DNA of 64,000 bases from Patescibacteria group bacterium (lineage in GTDB: Bacteria > Patescibacteriota > Patescibacteriia > Buchananbacterales > UBA6539), in assembly GCA_041662625.1 (NCBI GenBank), contig JBAZSB010000001.1, forward strand, positions 310,467 through 374,466. Direction: 5' to 3'. Shown here in pieces: positions 29,639 to 39,897 of this stretch. The notes beneath the pieces are model-generated. The model worked only from the letters and a program-made list of their open reading frames with translations. It had not been told where the DNA came from and did not search any database. Position numbers and translations under genes: made by a program. Positions within the stretch are counted from its first letter, which is position 1. Every line of letters starts with the position of its first letter.

Positions 29639-30796
29639 TTATTTACTAGTCTTAGAAATATTAATTAAAATGCCTGAGGCGGCCAAAGAAACCGCTAAAG
29701 CCGTACCACCATAACTGACAAATGGTAAAGGAATACCAGTTAACGGCAATAAACCAACCATGGCACCGATATTCAGAAAAGCTTGAAAAGTAAACCAGGA
29801 AATTATCCCAACCACAATAAACCGGCCATAATCATCTTCAATCCCTTGAGCTAGCTTAAAACCACGCCAAGCCAAAAGTAAAAATAAAATAATCAAAGCC
29901 GTAGCAAAAATAAAACCAAGTTCTTCGGCAATAATAGCAAAAATTGAATCCCCCATCACTTCCGGTAAATAAGCAAATTTTTGGCGGGACTGGCCAAAAC
30001 CAAAACCAAACCAGCCACCCGAACCAATGGCTAGTAGTGCTTGATTAATATGATAGCCCACTCCCTGGGGATCCAATTCCGGATGCAAAAAAGTCATTAA
30101 GCGCGCTACTTTTGTCGGCATCTGAGTCATTAAAATACCAAAAGCACCTAAACCAAGAGTCATCAAACCCAAAATATGGGTGAAGCGCGCCCCGGCTACA
30201 AAGTAAACTGCAAAAGCGATAGTAATAATCACTAGTAACGTGCCTAAGTCAGGCTCTAAAACTATCAACAGGGAAACTAGACCAAGCAGAACTGAAAAAG
30301 GTACCAGTCCGTTCCAGAAATCAGCATTTTTTTCCCTCCCGCGATAAGAAAACCAACCCGCTAAAGATAAAATTAAAAGCAGCTTAAAAATTTCTGTCGG
30401 TTGGATCGACAAACCGGCAAAATTAAGCCAGCTTTTAGCTTTGCCGTAGCTGGCACCAAGGCCAGGGATAAAAACCGAAATTAATAAAATGATAGAAAGA
30501 ACAAAAAAACCTACCGTATATTTTTCCCAGCGCTGATAATCAATTTTCGACAAAATAAAAAATAAAATCAGGCCCGGCACAATCCCCCGCGAAACCTGAT
30601 GCCAAAAAAAATAATAAGTATAGCCCTTTTGTTGAAAAGACACAACGCTTGATGCCGAAGAAAGCATAATTAAACCAAAGGCAGCGATGATAAAAATCAG
30701 GGTTAACAAAAAAATGTCACTGCGACCCGTGATTTGTTTTTTCGGTTTAATAAACTTTGCTAAATAGCTTTTTTTTCTAAAATTAAACTTTCTCAT
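29639..30796 (-). CDS. ftsW: SEDS-family peptidoglycan glycosyltransferase FtsW/RodA
   Basis: 385 aa; about 10 TM segments; SEDS pattern; dcw position between murD and murG. Confidence 0.8.
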   Translation of the reverse strand: MRKFNFRKKSYLAKFIKPKKQITGRSDIFLLTLIFIIAAFGLIMLSSASSVVSFQQKGYTYYFFWHQVSRGIVPGLILFFILSKIDYQRWEKYTVGFFVLSIILLISVFIPGLGASYGKAKSWLNFAGLSIQPTEIFKLLLILSLAGWFSYRGREKNADFWNGLVPFSVLLGLVSLLIVLEPDLGTLLVIITIAFAVYFVAGARFTHILGLMTLGLGAFGILMTQMPTKVARLMTFLHPELDPQGVGYHINQALLAIGSGGWFGFGFGQSRQKFAYLPEVMGDSIFAIIAEELGFIFATALIILFLLLAWRGFKLAQGIEDDYGRFIVVGIISWFTFQAFLNIGAMVGLLPLTGIPLPFVSYGGTALAVSLAASGILINISKTSK

Positions 30797-32208
30797 AACT
30801 GAAAAACAATTGTTTTAAATTGATCGCCTCGATCAAACTCATTAATGAATAGGTTAAAAGATGCGGAGGCGGGTGAAAGTAAAATTGTATCCCCGCTTTT
30901 CCCAAAACTTTGAGCCAGACTCACGGCCTCAGTCATCTTGTTTAATTCGGCAATAAATGGCCGGAATTTCAACGACTTAAATTGTTTTTTTAACTGCTCG
31001 CTGCCCGGACCGGAAAACAAAATTACCGCTTTGCATTTTTGTTTGATAATTTTGGCTAATTCTTGATATTTGGCATCAGGAATATTTTTGGTGTCGCCGC
31101 CTGCCAACAAAATTACATTTCTTTTTTTGGCCAGTCTCAGAGCGGCAATTGTCGCGTCCGGTGTCGTTGCTGTTGTATCATTGATATATTTAATGCCTTT
31201 TTTTTCTTTAATTAATTCTAACCGACCGGGCAAACCCTTAAATTGTTTCAAAGCTGATTTAATAGCCAAGGGCGAAATATTAAAAGAAGCGGTAGCGGCC
31301 AAAGCGGCTAAAACATTTTCTAAGTTATGCCAACCAAAAAGCTTAATATCACTTACCTTGGCTAATCTTTTTTCCCCGCCGTTCCGCCGTAAGAAAATTT
31401 GACCACTTCTGACAAAGCAACCATTCTCCTCAGTAAAATATTTTTTTGAAAACCAAAATCGTTGTGAAACTACTACCTGACCCAATTTCTTGGTTTGGGG
31501 ATTATCTAAATTTAAAATGACAAAATCATTTTGATTTTGCCAGGTGAAAATATTTTTTTTGGCGGAAATATAAGAGGCCATCCCAAAGTAACGATTGAGG
31601 TGATCCGGATAAATATTAGTGAAAACAGCAATATGCGGGCTTAAGTTCTGCTCCCCTAAAATTTCTAATTGCCAGGAAGATAATTCCAAAACCACCAGAT
31701 CATTTGGTTTAACTTGATCTAAAATTTCCAGCATCGGTTGCTGAGGAAGACCGGCCAGCCAAACTGTTCCGTGTTTCATGTTCCGTGTTCCATGCCTTAA
31801 TATTTCATAAACTAAACTAGCCGTCGTTGACTTTCCCCGCGTTCCGGTCACGCCAATGATTTGGGCCGGACAATTTTTAAAAAATAGACTGGCCTCATTT
31901 TCAATTGGAATACCGGCTTTTCTGGCAAGCTTTAAGTATTTTGATTCCCGCCTCACGCCCGGGTTTTGAATAATTAAATCTGCATTTTTGAAATCACCTG
32001 CCCGGTGCTGCCCAAGTATTAACTTGATTTTTTGATTTTTTGTTTTCTTGATTCTCTTTAAAGATACGCTTAGCTCTTTGGCTGTCTTCAAATCCGTCAC
32101 CGTAACGCTGGCCCCATGCTTTGTTAGCCATTTAACACAAGCGACTCCACCGCCGTGGAGCCCTAGTCCCATTACTGTGACTTTTTTACCACTAAATAAA
32201 TTTCTCAT
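30793..32208 (-). CDS. murD: UDP-N-acetylmuramoylalanine--D-glutamate ligase MurD
   Basis: N-terminal GLGLHGGGVA Rossmann motif and GTRGKSTT P-loop. Confidence 0.8.
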   Translation of the reverse strand: MRNLFSGKKVTVMGLGLHGGGVACVKWLTKHGASVTVTDLKTAKELSVSLKRIKKTKNQKIKLILGQHRAGDFKNADLIIQNPGVRRESKYLKLARKAGIPIENEASLFFKNCPAQIIGVTGTRGKSTTASLVYEILRHGTRNMKHGTVWLAGLPQQPMLEILDQVKPNDLVVLELSSWQLEILGEQNLSPHIAVFTNIYPDHLNRYFGMASYISAKKNIFTWQNQNDFVILNLDNPQTKKLGQVVVSQRFWFSKKYFTEENGCFVRSGQIFLRRNGGEKRLAKVSDIKLFGWHNLENVLAALAATASFNISPLAIKSALKQFKGLPGRLELIKEKKGIKYINDTTATTPDATIAALRLAKKRNVILLAGGDTKNIPDAKYQELAKIIKQKCKAVILFSGPGSEQLKKQFKSLKFRPFIAELNKMTEAVSLAQSFGKSGDTILLSPASASFNLFINEFDRGDQFKTIVFQL

Positions 32209-32215
32209 TTTTGCT

Positions 32216-33256
32216 TTAAGTTTTATCCACTAAAAATAGAATTAAGCCAACTACCGCAGAAATTCCCGAAATTACCCAAAAACGCATGACGATTTTTGGC
32301 TCAGGCCAACCTTTGGCTTCAAGGTGATGATGCAGCGGCGAAGAAATAAAAAATTTATGGCCAAAAAACTTTTTAGAAATCATCTGGATAATAACGGAGA
32401 TAGTCTCAATGACAAAAATAAAACCGATAATTGGCAAAAGCAAAGCGGCATTAGTCAGCATCGCAATAATTCCTAAAGTGACTCCCAAAGACATTGAGCC
32501 GGTATCACCCATAAAAAACCTGGCCGGATTAATATTAAACCAGAGGAAAGCTGAAAGCGCGCCAATGATGACACCGCAAAAAGTGGCCAGATCATAACGG
32601 CCTTGGGCAAAAGAAATTGCCCCATAAGCGCCAAAGGCAATCAGTAAAGTTCCACCGGCCAAACCATCGAGGCCATCAGTCAAATTGACGGCATGAGCCG
32701 TAGCAATAATTACAAGAATAAAAAATGGAATATACCATAAGCCAATATCCAAGTAGCCAAAAAAAGGAACATAAAGAGTGGTCCATTCCAATTTAAAATA
32801 AAACCACCAGGCGCCAACAATAGCAATTAAACCATATATCAGGAAGCGGTGGCGCATCCGCAACCCGCCGCCGCCTTTGCCCATTCGCCAAACATCAAAC
32901 AAATCATCAATCAAACCAACGGCAGCTGAAGCAAGTAAAGCGCCAAGAGGCAGCAATGTTTCTTTACGTGATAAAAAATCTAATTTTGAAAACCACCCAT
33001 CAAAAAATTTACTTAAATAAAAAAATAAAAGGATTAGAAATAAAGTGGTGCCCCAAATCAAAATCCCACCCATTGTCGGCGTTCCGGCTTTCTTTTTATG
33101 CATGGCCGCAAAAACCGGGGCAGCTTGGGCATCACGAATTCCCTTGCCTAAACGATACTTATACAAAAAATGGGTTAAAAACGGCGTCCAAAGCAAAGTT
33201 AAAACAAAAGAAACCGTTGTTAAAAAGAAAATTTTGGTAATAAAAAAATTAGTCAT
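32216..33256 (-). CDS. mraY: phospho-N-acetylmuramoyl-pentapeptide transferase MraY
   Basis: NLTDGLDGLAGG and DTGS motifs; polytopic membrane protein. Confidence 0.85.
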   Translation of the reverse strand: MTNFFITKIFFLTTVSFVLTLLWTPFLTHFLYKYRLGKGIRDAQAAPVFAAMHKKKAGTPTMGGILIWGTTLFLILLFFYLSKFFDGWFSKLDFLSRKETLLPLGALLASAAVGLIDDLFDVWRMGKGGGGLRMRHRFLIYGLIAIVGAWWFYFKLEWTTLYVPFFGYLDIGLWYIPFFILVIIATAHAVNLTDGLDGLAGGTLLIAFGAYGAISFAQGRYDLATFCGVIIGALSAFLWFNINPARFFMGDTGSMSLGVTLGIIAMLTNAALLLPIIGFIFVIETISVIIQMISKKFFGHKFFISSPLHHHLEAKGWPEPKIVMRFWVISGISAVVGLILFLVDKT

Positions 33257-33262
33257 CTCAAT

Positions 33263-33688
33263 TTAATTAACTAAAGTTATGAAAACCCCGGCTAAAATAA
33301 AAATAAACTGGAGCAGACTAGCGGTACCAACCAAAAAATAACTGAGGATTCTTTCTCTTTGATAAAATATCAAACTGATTAGAAGATTAATTACGAGAAA
33401 TCCCAATCCAAACAGTGGCAGAAAAAATATCTGGTGCCAAGGGCCAAGCAGATCAATACCAAAATAAATATTATAATGAAGAAATATTAAATCAGAAAAA
33501 TTTCTGGCTTGCCAGACCAAAAAAAGCCATAAAATAATATTGGCAATCAAACTAAAAACCAGATTAATTTTAATAAACCGGTTACGGTAGTAAGAACCCA
33601 AAAAAGTTTGTTGGAAAGGTTGAGCGGCCATAAAAAATGATAAGATAAGGCTATTTCTATAATAATGATTATTTACGATTTTGTCCAC
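33263..33688 (-). CDS. hypothetical polytopic membrane protein
   Basis: 141 aa; four hydrophobic helices. Confidence 0.35.
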   Translation of the reverse strand: MDKIVNNHYYRNSLILSFFMAAQPFQQTFLGSYYRNRFIKINLVFSLIANIILWLFLVWQARNFSDLIFLHYNIYFGIDLLGPWHQIFFLPLFGLGFLVINLLISLIFYQRERILSYFLVGTASLLQFIFILAGVFITLVN

Positions 33689-33699
33689 CTGCCCTTTTT

Positions 33700-33725
33700 T
33701 AAAATTTCGATTTTATGGTATAATA
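33700..33725 (+). promoter_or_regulatory. extended -10 promoter (TGgTATAAT) for the type IV pilus operon
   Basis: atggTATAAT at 33715-33723, about 40 nt upstream of the pilB ATG. Confidence 0.4.
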
Positions 33726-33761
33726 AAACTAACTAAATCGCTAAGATAAAAACAAATTTTT

Positions 33762-35489
33762 ATGTTTACTGAGCAAGAAATTGAAAAAATTATTCTGGAA
33801 ACCAAAATTTTAGGCCAAAAAGAACTAAATTTATACCTTGAGGAGTCAAAAAAAAGGAACCAAAAGCTGGAAGAATACCTTATCAGCCAGAAAATTATCA
33901 ACGAGGAACAACTCTACCAGACTGCCGCCCAATATTTTAATCTCCCCTTTATTAACCTCAAAAACGAAACTATCCGCAAGGATATTCTTTTTTTAATCCC
34001 CGAACCAATAGCGACCACTCATCGGATTCTCGCTTTCGACAAAACCGATACGGAATTAAAACTTGCCGCCCTGAATCCAGCCGATTTACAAATCTTTGAA
34101 TTTTTAGGTAAAAAAACCGGCCTCGAAGTAAAAATCTATCTAACCACACCGGAAGGCATTAATGAGGGAATAAAAAATTATCACAAAGGATTAAAAGCAG
34201 AATTTCAAGAACTTACCAATGGCAAGGAAAATATTGAAATTTCCGGCGATACTAAATTAAAAGAATTAGCCCATGATTTGCCGGTAATCAGAATAGTCGA
34301 TACTTTACTGGAATATGCAATCTTTGAAAGTGCGTCGGATATTCATATTGAACCAACGGAGAAAGAGGTGGTTGTTCGCTACCGAATTGATGGGATCTTA
34401 CGGAATGTCATGACTCTGCCTAAATCGATTCATGCCGGTATTATTGCCCGAATCAAAATTTTGGCAAATTTAAAATTAGATGAACATCGCTTACCCCAGG
34501 ATGGCCGTTTCAAAATTGTCACCAATGAATATAAAGTATCATTTCGTGTTTCCATTATTCCGGCCTATGACGGAGAAAAAATAGTCTTGCGGGCTTTAAA
34601 TGAACAAACCAGTGTAATCACTCTGGAGCAGCTCGGCTTTCAGAAAAAATCATTGGATAGAATTAAAAGAAATATCGCTAAACCCCACGGCCTAATTCTG
34701 GTAACCGGACCGACTGGTTCGGGAAAAACCACAACTCTTTATGCCGTCTTAAACATCCTAAACCGACCGGAAGTGAATATTACCACCATTGAGGACCCAA
34801 TTGAATATCGAATGCCCGGCATCAATCAAACTCAGGTTAACCCAAAAATCGGTTATACTTTTGCCGGCGGCTTACGGGCATTTCTAAGGCAAGATCCTAA
34901 TATTATTATGGTCGGCGAAATCCGGGATCAGGAAACTGCGGAAATCGCCATTCATGCGGCTTTAACCGGCCATCTAGTACTTTCCACTCTTCATACTAAT
35001 GACGCCCCAACAACCTTGCCTCGCTTAAGCGAAATGGGAGTACCGGCCTTTTTGGTTGCCTCCACCTGTAATGTCATTATTGCCCAAAGGCTGGTAAGAA
35101 AAATCTGCCAAGACTGCATTGAAAGCTACAATTTAACTAAAGAAGAAATCGCAAAATTAGAAAAGCAAATTAATCTAGAATCAATTCTCAGCACCTTGGA
35201 AAAAGAAAATCTAATAACCAAAAAACAAAGTAAGGAATCTCTGCTTTTCTACCGCGGCAAAGGCTGCAAGAAATGCAATAAAACCGGCTATAAAGGCCGA
35301 ATTGGCCTTTATGAAGTGTTGGAAATCACCCCAGAGATTAATGAATTGATTCTTAAGGGCTCACCGGCCAAAGAAATTCTGGAAACTGCCAAAAAACAAG
35401 AAATGCTAACCATTCTGGAAGATGGCTTCATTAAAGCTAAAACCGGAATTACTACGATTGAAGAAGTGCTCAGGGTAACAAAAGATTAA
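33762..35489 (+). CDS. pilB: type IV pilus assembly ATPase PilB (GspE family)
   Basis: GspE N-domain; Walker A GPTGSGKTTT; Asp box and His box; C-terminal tetra-Cys zinc motif CQDC...CKKC. Confidence 0.85.
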   Translation: MFTEQEIEKIILETKILGQKELNLYLEESKKRNQKLEEYLISQKIINEEQLYQTAAQYFNLPFINLKNETIRKDILFLIPEPIATTHRILAFDKTDTELKLAALNPADLQIFEFLGKKTGLEVKIYLTTPEGINEGIKNYHKGLKAEFQELTNGKENIEISGDTKLKELAHDLPVIRIVDTLLEYAIFESASDIHIEPTEKEVVVRYRIDGILRNVMTLPKSIHAGIIARIKILANLKLDEHRLPQDGRFKIVTNEYKVSFRVSIIPAYDGEKIVLRALNEQTSVITLEQLGFQKKSLDRIKRNIAKPHGLILVTGPTGSGKTTTLYAVLNILNRPEVNITTIEDPIEYRMPGINQTQVNPKIGYTFAGGLRAFLRQDPNIIMVGEIRDQETAEIAIHAALTGHLVLSTLHTNDAPTTLPRLSEMGVPAFLVASTCNVIIAQRLVRKICQDCIESYNLTKEEIAKLEKQINLESILSTLEKENLITKKQSKESLLFYRGKGCKKCNKTGYKGRIGLYEVLEITPEINELILKGSPAKEILETAKKQEMLTILEDGFIKAKTGITTIEEVLRVTKD

Positions 35490-35530
35490 CCGATAATTAG
35501 TTGATTTAAAAAATAAAAATATTAATCGCG

Positions 35531-36619
35531 ATGAACCTAAAAGAAAAATTGGCTCAAATAGTAGGCTGGCTGCGAAAGCCAAGAAAAGTTTCCCTTTCCC
35601 AAAAAATATTCTTTGTCCAACAGCTGGGGGTAATGCTTAAAGCCGGAATTTCTTTGTCGACTGCTTTAAAAACTCTGGCCCAGCAGACAACTTCCAAAAG
35701 TTTCAAAACAATTTTAGTTGACCTTCAACAAGACGTAGAAAAAGGCAATTTACTTTCTAAAGGTCTGGAGAGATACTCAAAAATATTTGGCGAATTATTC
35801 ATCAATATGATTAAAGCTGGTGAAGTTTCCGGCAAGCTCGAGGATGTTTTAAAACAACTTTTTGTCCAGCTGAAAAAGGATCACGACATCATCTCAAAGG
35901 TCAAGGGGGCGATGATTTATCCGATGATTGTGATTCTAATGATGATTGCTATTGGAATTTTGGTTCTAATCTATGTCATTCCAACTATGTCGGGCATCTT
36001 TACTGAAATGAATATTGAATTACCGCTAGCGACCAGAATCTTGATCTACTCTAGCCAATTCGCTCTGAACTACGGAATTTTTGTTTCAATCGGTTTAGCA
36101 ATTTTGGCAGTCATAATTGGCCGAGTAATTAGCCTGCCACAAGGAAAGAGACAATTCCACCAGCTGCTTTTAAAAACTCCGATTTTGGGCCGGATAATCA
36201 GAAAGATTAATTTGGCCCGTTTTTGTCGAGCTTTAAGCTCACTGCTTAAAACTGACATCCCAATCGTCCAATCATTTGAAATCACTGCCAAAATTCTCGG
36301 CAATGTCAAATATAAAGATGCGCTAACTGAAGCTAAAGAAAAAATTAAAAAAGGCGTCAGTATTGAAGAGTCATTAAGACCGCACATTAAACTATTTCCG
36401 CCAGTTGTCTTGCAGATGATTATGGTTGGTGAAGAAACCGGAGCCTTGGATAATATTTTGGAAGAATCAGCTGTTTTCTATGAAGAAGACGTTGCCCAAA
36501 CTATGGAAAATTTACCTTCAATTTTAGAACCAGTCTTAATGATTATCCTCGGCATTGCAGTGGCGGGAATGGCCGTCGCTGTTATTATGCCGATGTACTC
36601 TTTGAGCCAACAAATCTAA
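35531..36619 (+). CDS. pilC: type IV pilus platform protein PilC (GspF family)
   Basis: Two GspF repeats; three TM segments; 362 aa. Confidence 0.85.
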   Translation: MNLKEKLAQIVGWLRKPRKVSLSQKIFFVQQLGVMLKAGISLSTALKTLAQQTTSKSFKTILVDLQQDVEKGNLLSKGLERYSKIFGELFINMIKAGEVSGKLEDVLKQLFVQLKKDHDIISKVKGAMIYPMIVILMMIAIGILVLIYVIPTMSGIFTEMNIELPLATRILIYSSQFALNYGIFVSIGLAILAVIIGRVISLPQGKRQFHQLLLKTPILGRIIRKINLARFCRALSSLLKTDIPIVQSFEITAKILGNVKYKDALTEAKEKIKKGVSIEESLRPHIKLFPPVVLQMIMVGEETGALDNILEESAVFYEEDVAQTMENLPSILEPVLMIILGIAVAGMAVAVIMPMYSLSQQI

Positions 36620-36627
36620 CCAGAAAA

Positions 36628-39600
36628 ATGGCTAAAATTTTAAAAAATCCTAAAGGATTCTCACTAATTGAGGTTGTTTTTGCCACTCTAATTCTAGCCA
36701 CGGCCGGAGTGGGAGTTTTAAGTATGTTTGGATTTGGTCTGAAAGTAATCGCCGAGATCAAGTCTAAGACCGGAGCTATAACTGTTGCTAATGAAATTAT
36801 AGAAATGATCCATAATCTTCCTTACAATCAGGTCGGCACTGTCGGCGGCCTTATTTCCGGACCGGTACCACAAGAAGATACGATCAACTTAAACGGAGTT
36901 GAATATGCAGTCAGCACTAGCGTCGATTATATTGATGACCCTTTTGACGGCACGGTAGCATTAGGCACTGACGAATTAGGCAATGATTATAAAAAAATCC
37001 GAGTGGCCGTAGCCTGGACCAGCCATTTTGGTCAAAAAGAAATAGTTTCAGTCACAACGATTGCTCCCCAAGGAATAGAATCAAATGAAGGATCGGGTAT
37101 TTTGTGGATTAATGTCATTAATGCCAATGGCGACCCCGTGTCTGATGCCTCTATCCATATTGTCAATCACAGTACCAATCCAGAAATTGATGATTCTTCA
37201 CATAAAACTAATGATGAAGGCTACTATTATTCTAGTGCTCCATCAGCCAATAGCTCTTATCAGATTACCGTTACTAAAGACGGCTACAGCAGCGATTATA
37301 CGTGCGCCATTGATCCAATTGGTGCTGGCTGCAGTGCCGCCGAAGGTAATCCTAATCCAGTCAAACCGCATGCAACGGTAATTGAAGGTCGTCTGACTTC
37401 AATTACTTTTGCCATTGACCAAGTGGCAACTTTAAATATTCATACTATTTCTCAAACTATTCCTAATGAATGGCAGGTTAATACTGATTCCAGTTCTGAA
37501 GACCAGTTCTCCCCTGCTCTGGCTTTAGGAACAAATGGCAATTATTATTTCGTTTGGCAGGACTTTCGTAGTTACGCCGCAAGAATTTACAGTCAGAGTT
37601 ATGACCAACAAGTTAACCAATGGACTTCTGATTTACCAGTAACAACTTCTAATAATCAAGGCGCTCCTCAACTGGCTTTGGATGGTGACAATAATATTTA
37701 TTTCACCTGGCATGATGATAGAACCGGTAATCAAGATATTTACCTGGATAAATATGATTCTTTGGGTAATGACCTTTGGACTGGAGCCAAAAAAATTAAT
37801 ACCGATTCTGGTTCAGCCGACCAGCAATATCCAAAAATAATTTATAACGCCTCAAGCACTGCACCGGCTTTTTATATCGCCTGGAAAGACGAGCGGGCGG
37901 GTGGAGGAAAATCAGATATTTATTTACAGAAATTTGACACTAGTGGTAATGCCTTATGGTCGGCGGAATTGAAAGTCAATTTAAACTCATCTTCAGCTTA
38001 CCAAGCTAGTGATTCTGCCAGCTGGACTTTTGATAATTTGCTAGATTATGTCTGCAACAGCGGTAGCTGCGATGGCAGTAATGATATTGAAGTAAGCGGC
38101 GGCTTTTCCCAGCTAGTCCCCTTAAAAACCTGCCAAGGAACTCCCGATAACTGCGATACTCTTTTAACTGAAGCCAGTTGTGGCAACCAAAGCGGCTGCA
38201 GTTGGGACCAGGCCGGCCCCTGCAGTGGCCTAAGTTGCAGCTGTAATTTACTGACTGAAGAAGCTGATTGTGATTTGGCATCAAGCTGCTTGTGGCAGGC
38301 TGGCGCTGAAAGCTGCTCGGGTAGTTGCCACTGTTGGTCAATCGGTAATCGCGGTCGGTGTAATTCCGTACCTCAATGCAGCTGGTGGTTTTTCTTTTGC
38401 AACGGCGGCAGCAGTTGTAGCTGCCAGGATATTACTAATCAGACCACTTGTCTAGATGCCGACTGCTCATGGGGTTCTTCTGGCGGCAGTTGTTCTGGAA
38501 GCTGCAGCTGCTCAGATTTAACCACTGAATCAATTTGTACCCAATCAAGCTGTGATTGGGATCCGGCCGGACCCTGTTCAGGCACGGCTGTGGCTTGCGG
38601 CAGTTTTACTGATTTAGAAACTTGTCAGGATCAAACCGGCTGTTCTTGGGAAGACTCGGGATCTGGTTATCCTACTGATAAGCCGGATATTTATATTGCT
38701 GAATCGTTGTCTGTAGCCAATCTGACTGCCTGGGATTCTTTCACAGAAACGGCAGTAAAAAACGGCGGCGAGATCTATTACCAGCTTTCTGATAACAATG
38801 GCGGAAACTGGAAATATTTTGACGGCAGCGGCTGGTCAACAGCCGGAGCCTCTGATTATAATACCGCCGGAGAAATTAATGATCATATCGCTTTATTTCC
38901 TATTGCCAAAGGAAAAATAATGTTCAAAGCCTTTTTTGTCAGTAACGGGAGCCAGCAAATTCAATTAGACCAAATCGACATCGGTTATTCTTATACCACT
39001 GATGGCGGCGGCTACTCTCAATCGGTTGATTTAGCAATGGATCAAGATGAAAACGTTTATGTTGCCTGGGAAGACTACCAGATTGATAATTATGATATTT
39101 TCATCCAAAAAGTTGATTACCTTGGTAGTGTTGTCTGGACTAATGATATTAGGGCAAATACTGCCGGCAGTGGTAATCAAACCAATCCCAATCTCAACGT
39201 TGACAGCAATAATGATGTTTATATTGTCTGGCAGGATGATCGCAACGGCAACAACGACATCTACGGCCAAAAATACGATTCGGCGGGTAATAATCTATGG
39301 CCAACTGGCGATTTGGTAATGAGCGTGGTGACAACCAGCAATCAAGAAAATCCTAAGGCAGTTATTGATGCGAGTAATAATCTTTATATTGTGTGGCAAG
39401 ACTATCGTAACGGCAATAATGATATTTATAGTCAAAAGATTGACTCAATGGGTAATATCATCTGGCCCAATGATGTTCGGATTAATTCTGACACCACTGG
39501 TGAACAAAAAAATCCTGATGTCATCATTAACCAATCAGGCAATCTGGTAATAACTTGGCAGGACAATAAAGATGGCAATTACGATATTATGGCGGCCGAA

Positions 39601-39882
39601 TACCCAAATGACCCCAGTGCTTACACTTCTACCCCTAACGTTCCCTTAATAATCGTGGGCAGTAAAAAAATAGGGACAAGTCCCGATCTCTATAAATATA
39701 ATGAAAATCACACTACGGATGCCTCAGGTCAGCTAATCCTAAATAATATTGAATGGGATACCGAGGGTTATAATATCAGCCTTCAGGCCGGGTCTGTTTA
39801 TACTATCATCAGTACGGAACCACCAATGCCGATTTCTGTTTCTCCAGGAGCTACTATCGATATTACTATAAATTTAGAATAA
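36628..39882 (+). CDS. giant type IV pilin-like protein (1084 aa): prepilin N-terminus, Ig/prealbumin-like domain, W-D-R repeat (propeller-like) blocks and a Cys-rich repeat module; candidate pilus adhesin
   Basis: N-terminus MAKILKNPKG^FSLIEVVFATLILATAGVGV has the class III signal (Gly-1, Phe+1, Glu+5). About 7 repeats of the form Y(F/I)(V/A)WQDxRxGNxDIYxQK(Y/I)DSxGNxLW. The 210-aa middle region carries more than 40 Cys in CSW / CSGSCSC repeats. Confidence 0.7.
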   Translation: MAKILKNPKGFSLIEVVFATLILATAGVGVLSMFGFGLKVIAEIKSKTGAITVANEIIEMIHNLPYNQVGTVGGLISGPVPQEDTINLNGVEYAVSTSVDYIDDPFDGTVALGTDELGNDYKKIRVAVAWTSHFGQKEIVSVTTIAPQGIESNEGSGILWINVINANGDPVSDASIHIVNHSTNPEIDDSSHKTNDEGYYYSSAPSANSSYQITVTKDGYSSDYTCAIDPIGAGCSAAEGNPNPVKPHATVIEGRLTSITFAIDQVATLNIHTISQTIPNEWQVNTDSSSEDQFSPALALGTNGNYYFVWQDFRSYAARIYSQSYDQQVNQWTSDLPVTTSNNQGAPQLALDGDNNIYFTWHDDRTGNQDIYLDKYDSLGNDLWTGAKKINTDSGSADQQYPKIIYNASSTAPAFYIAWKDERAGGGKSDIYLQKFDTSGNALWSAELKVNLNSSSAYQASDSASWTFDNLLDYVCNSGSCDGSNDIEVSGGFSQLVPLKTCQGTPDNCDTLLTEASCGNQSGCSWDQAGPCSGLSCSCNLLTEEADCDLASSCLWQAGAESCSGSCHCWSIGNRGRCNSVPQCSWWFFFCNGGSSCSCQDITNQTTCLDADCSWGSSGGSCSGSCSCSDLTTESICTQSSCDWDPAGPCSGTAVACGSFTDLETCQDQTGCSWEDSGSGYPTDKPDIYIAESLSVANLTAWDSFTETAVKNGGEIYYQLSDNNGGNWKYFDGSGWSTAGASDYNTAGEINDHIALFPIAKGKIMFKAFFVSNGSQQIQLDQIDIGYSYTTDGGGYSQSVDLAMDQDENVYVAWEDYQIDNYDIFIQKVDYLGSVVWTNDIRANTAGSGNQTNPNLNVDSNNDVYIVWQDDRNGNNDIYGQKYDSAGNNLWPTGDLVMSVVTTSNQENPKAVIDASNNLYIVWQDYRNGNNDIYSQKIDSMGNIIWPNDVRINSDTTGEQKNPDVIINQSGNLVITWQDNKDGNYDIMAAEYPNDPSAYTSTPNVPLIIVGSKKIGTSPDLYKYNENHTTDASGQLILNNIEWDTEGYNISLQAGSVYTIISTEPPMPISVSPGATIDITINLE

Positions 39883-39897
39883 GGGCAGAATAAAAAA

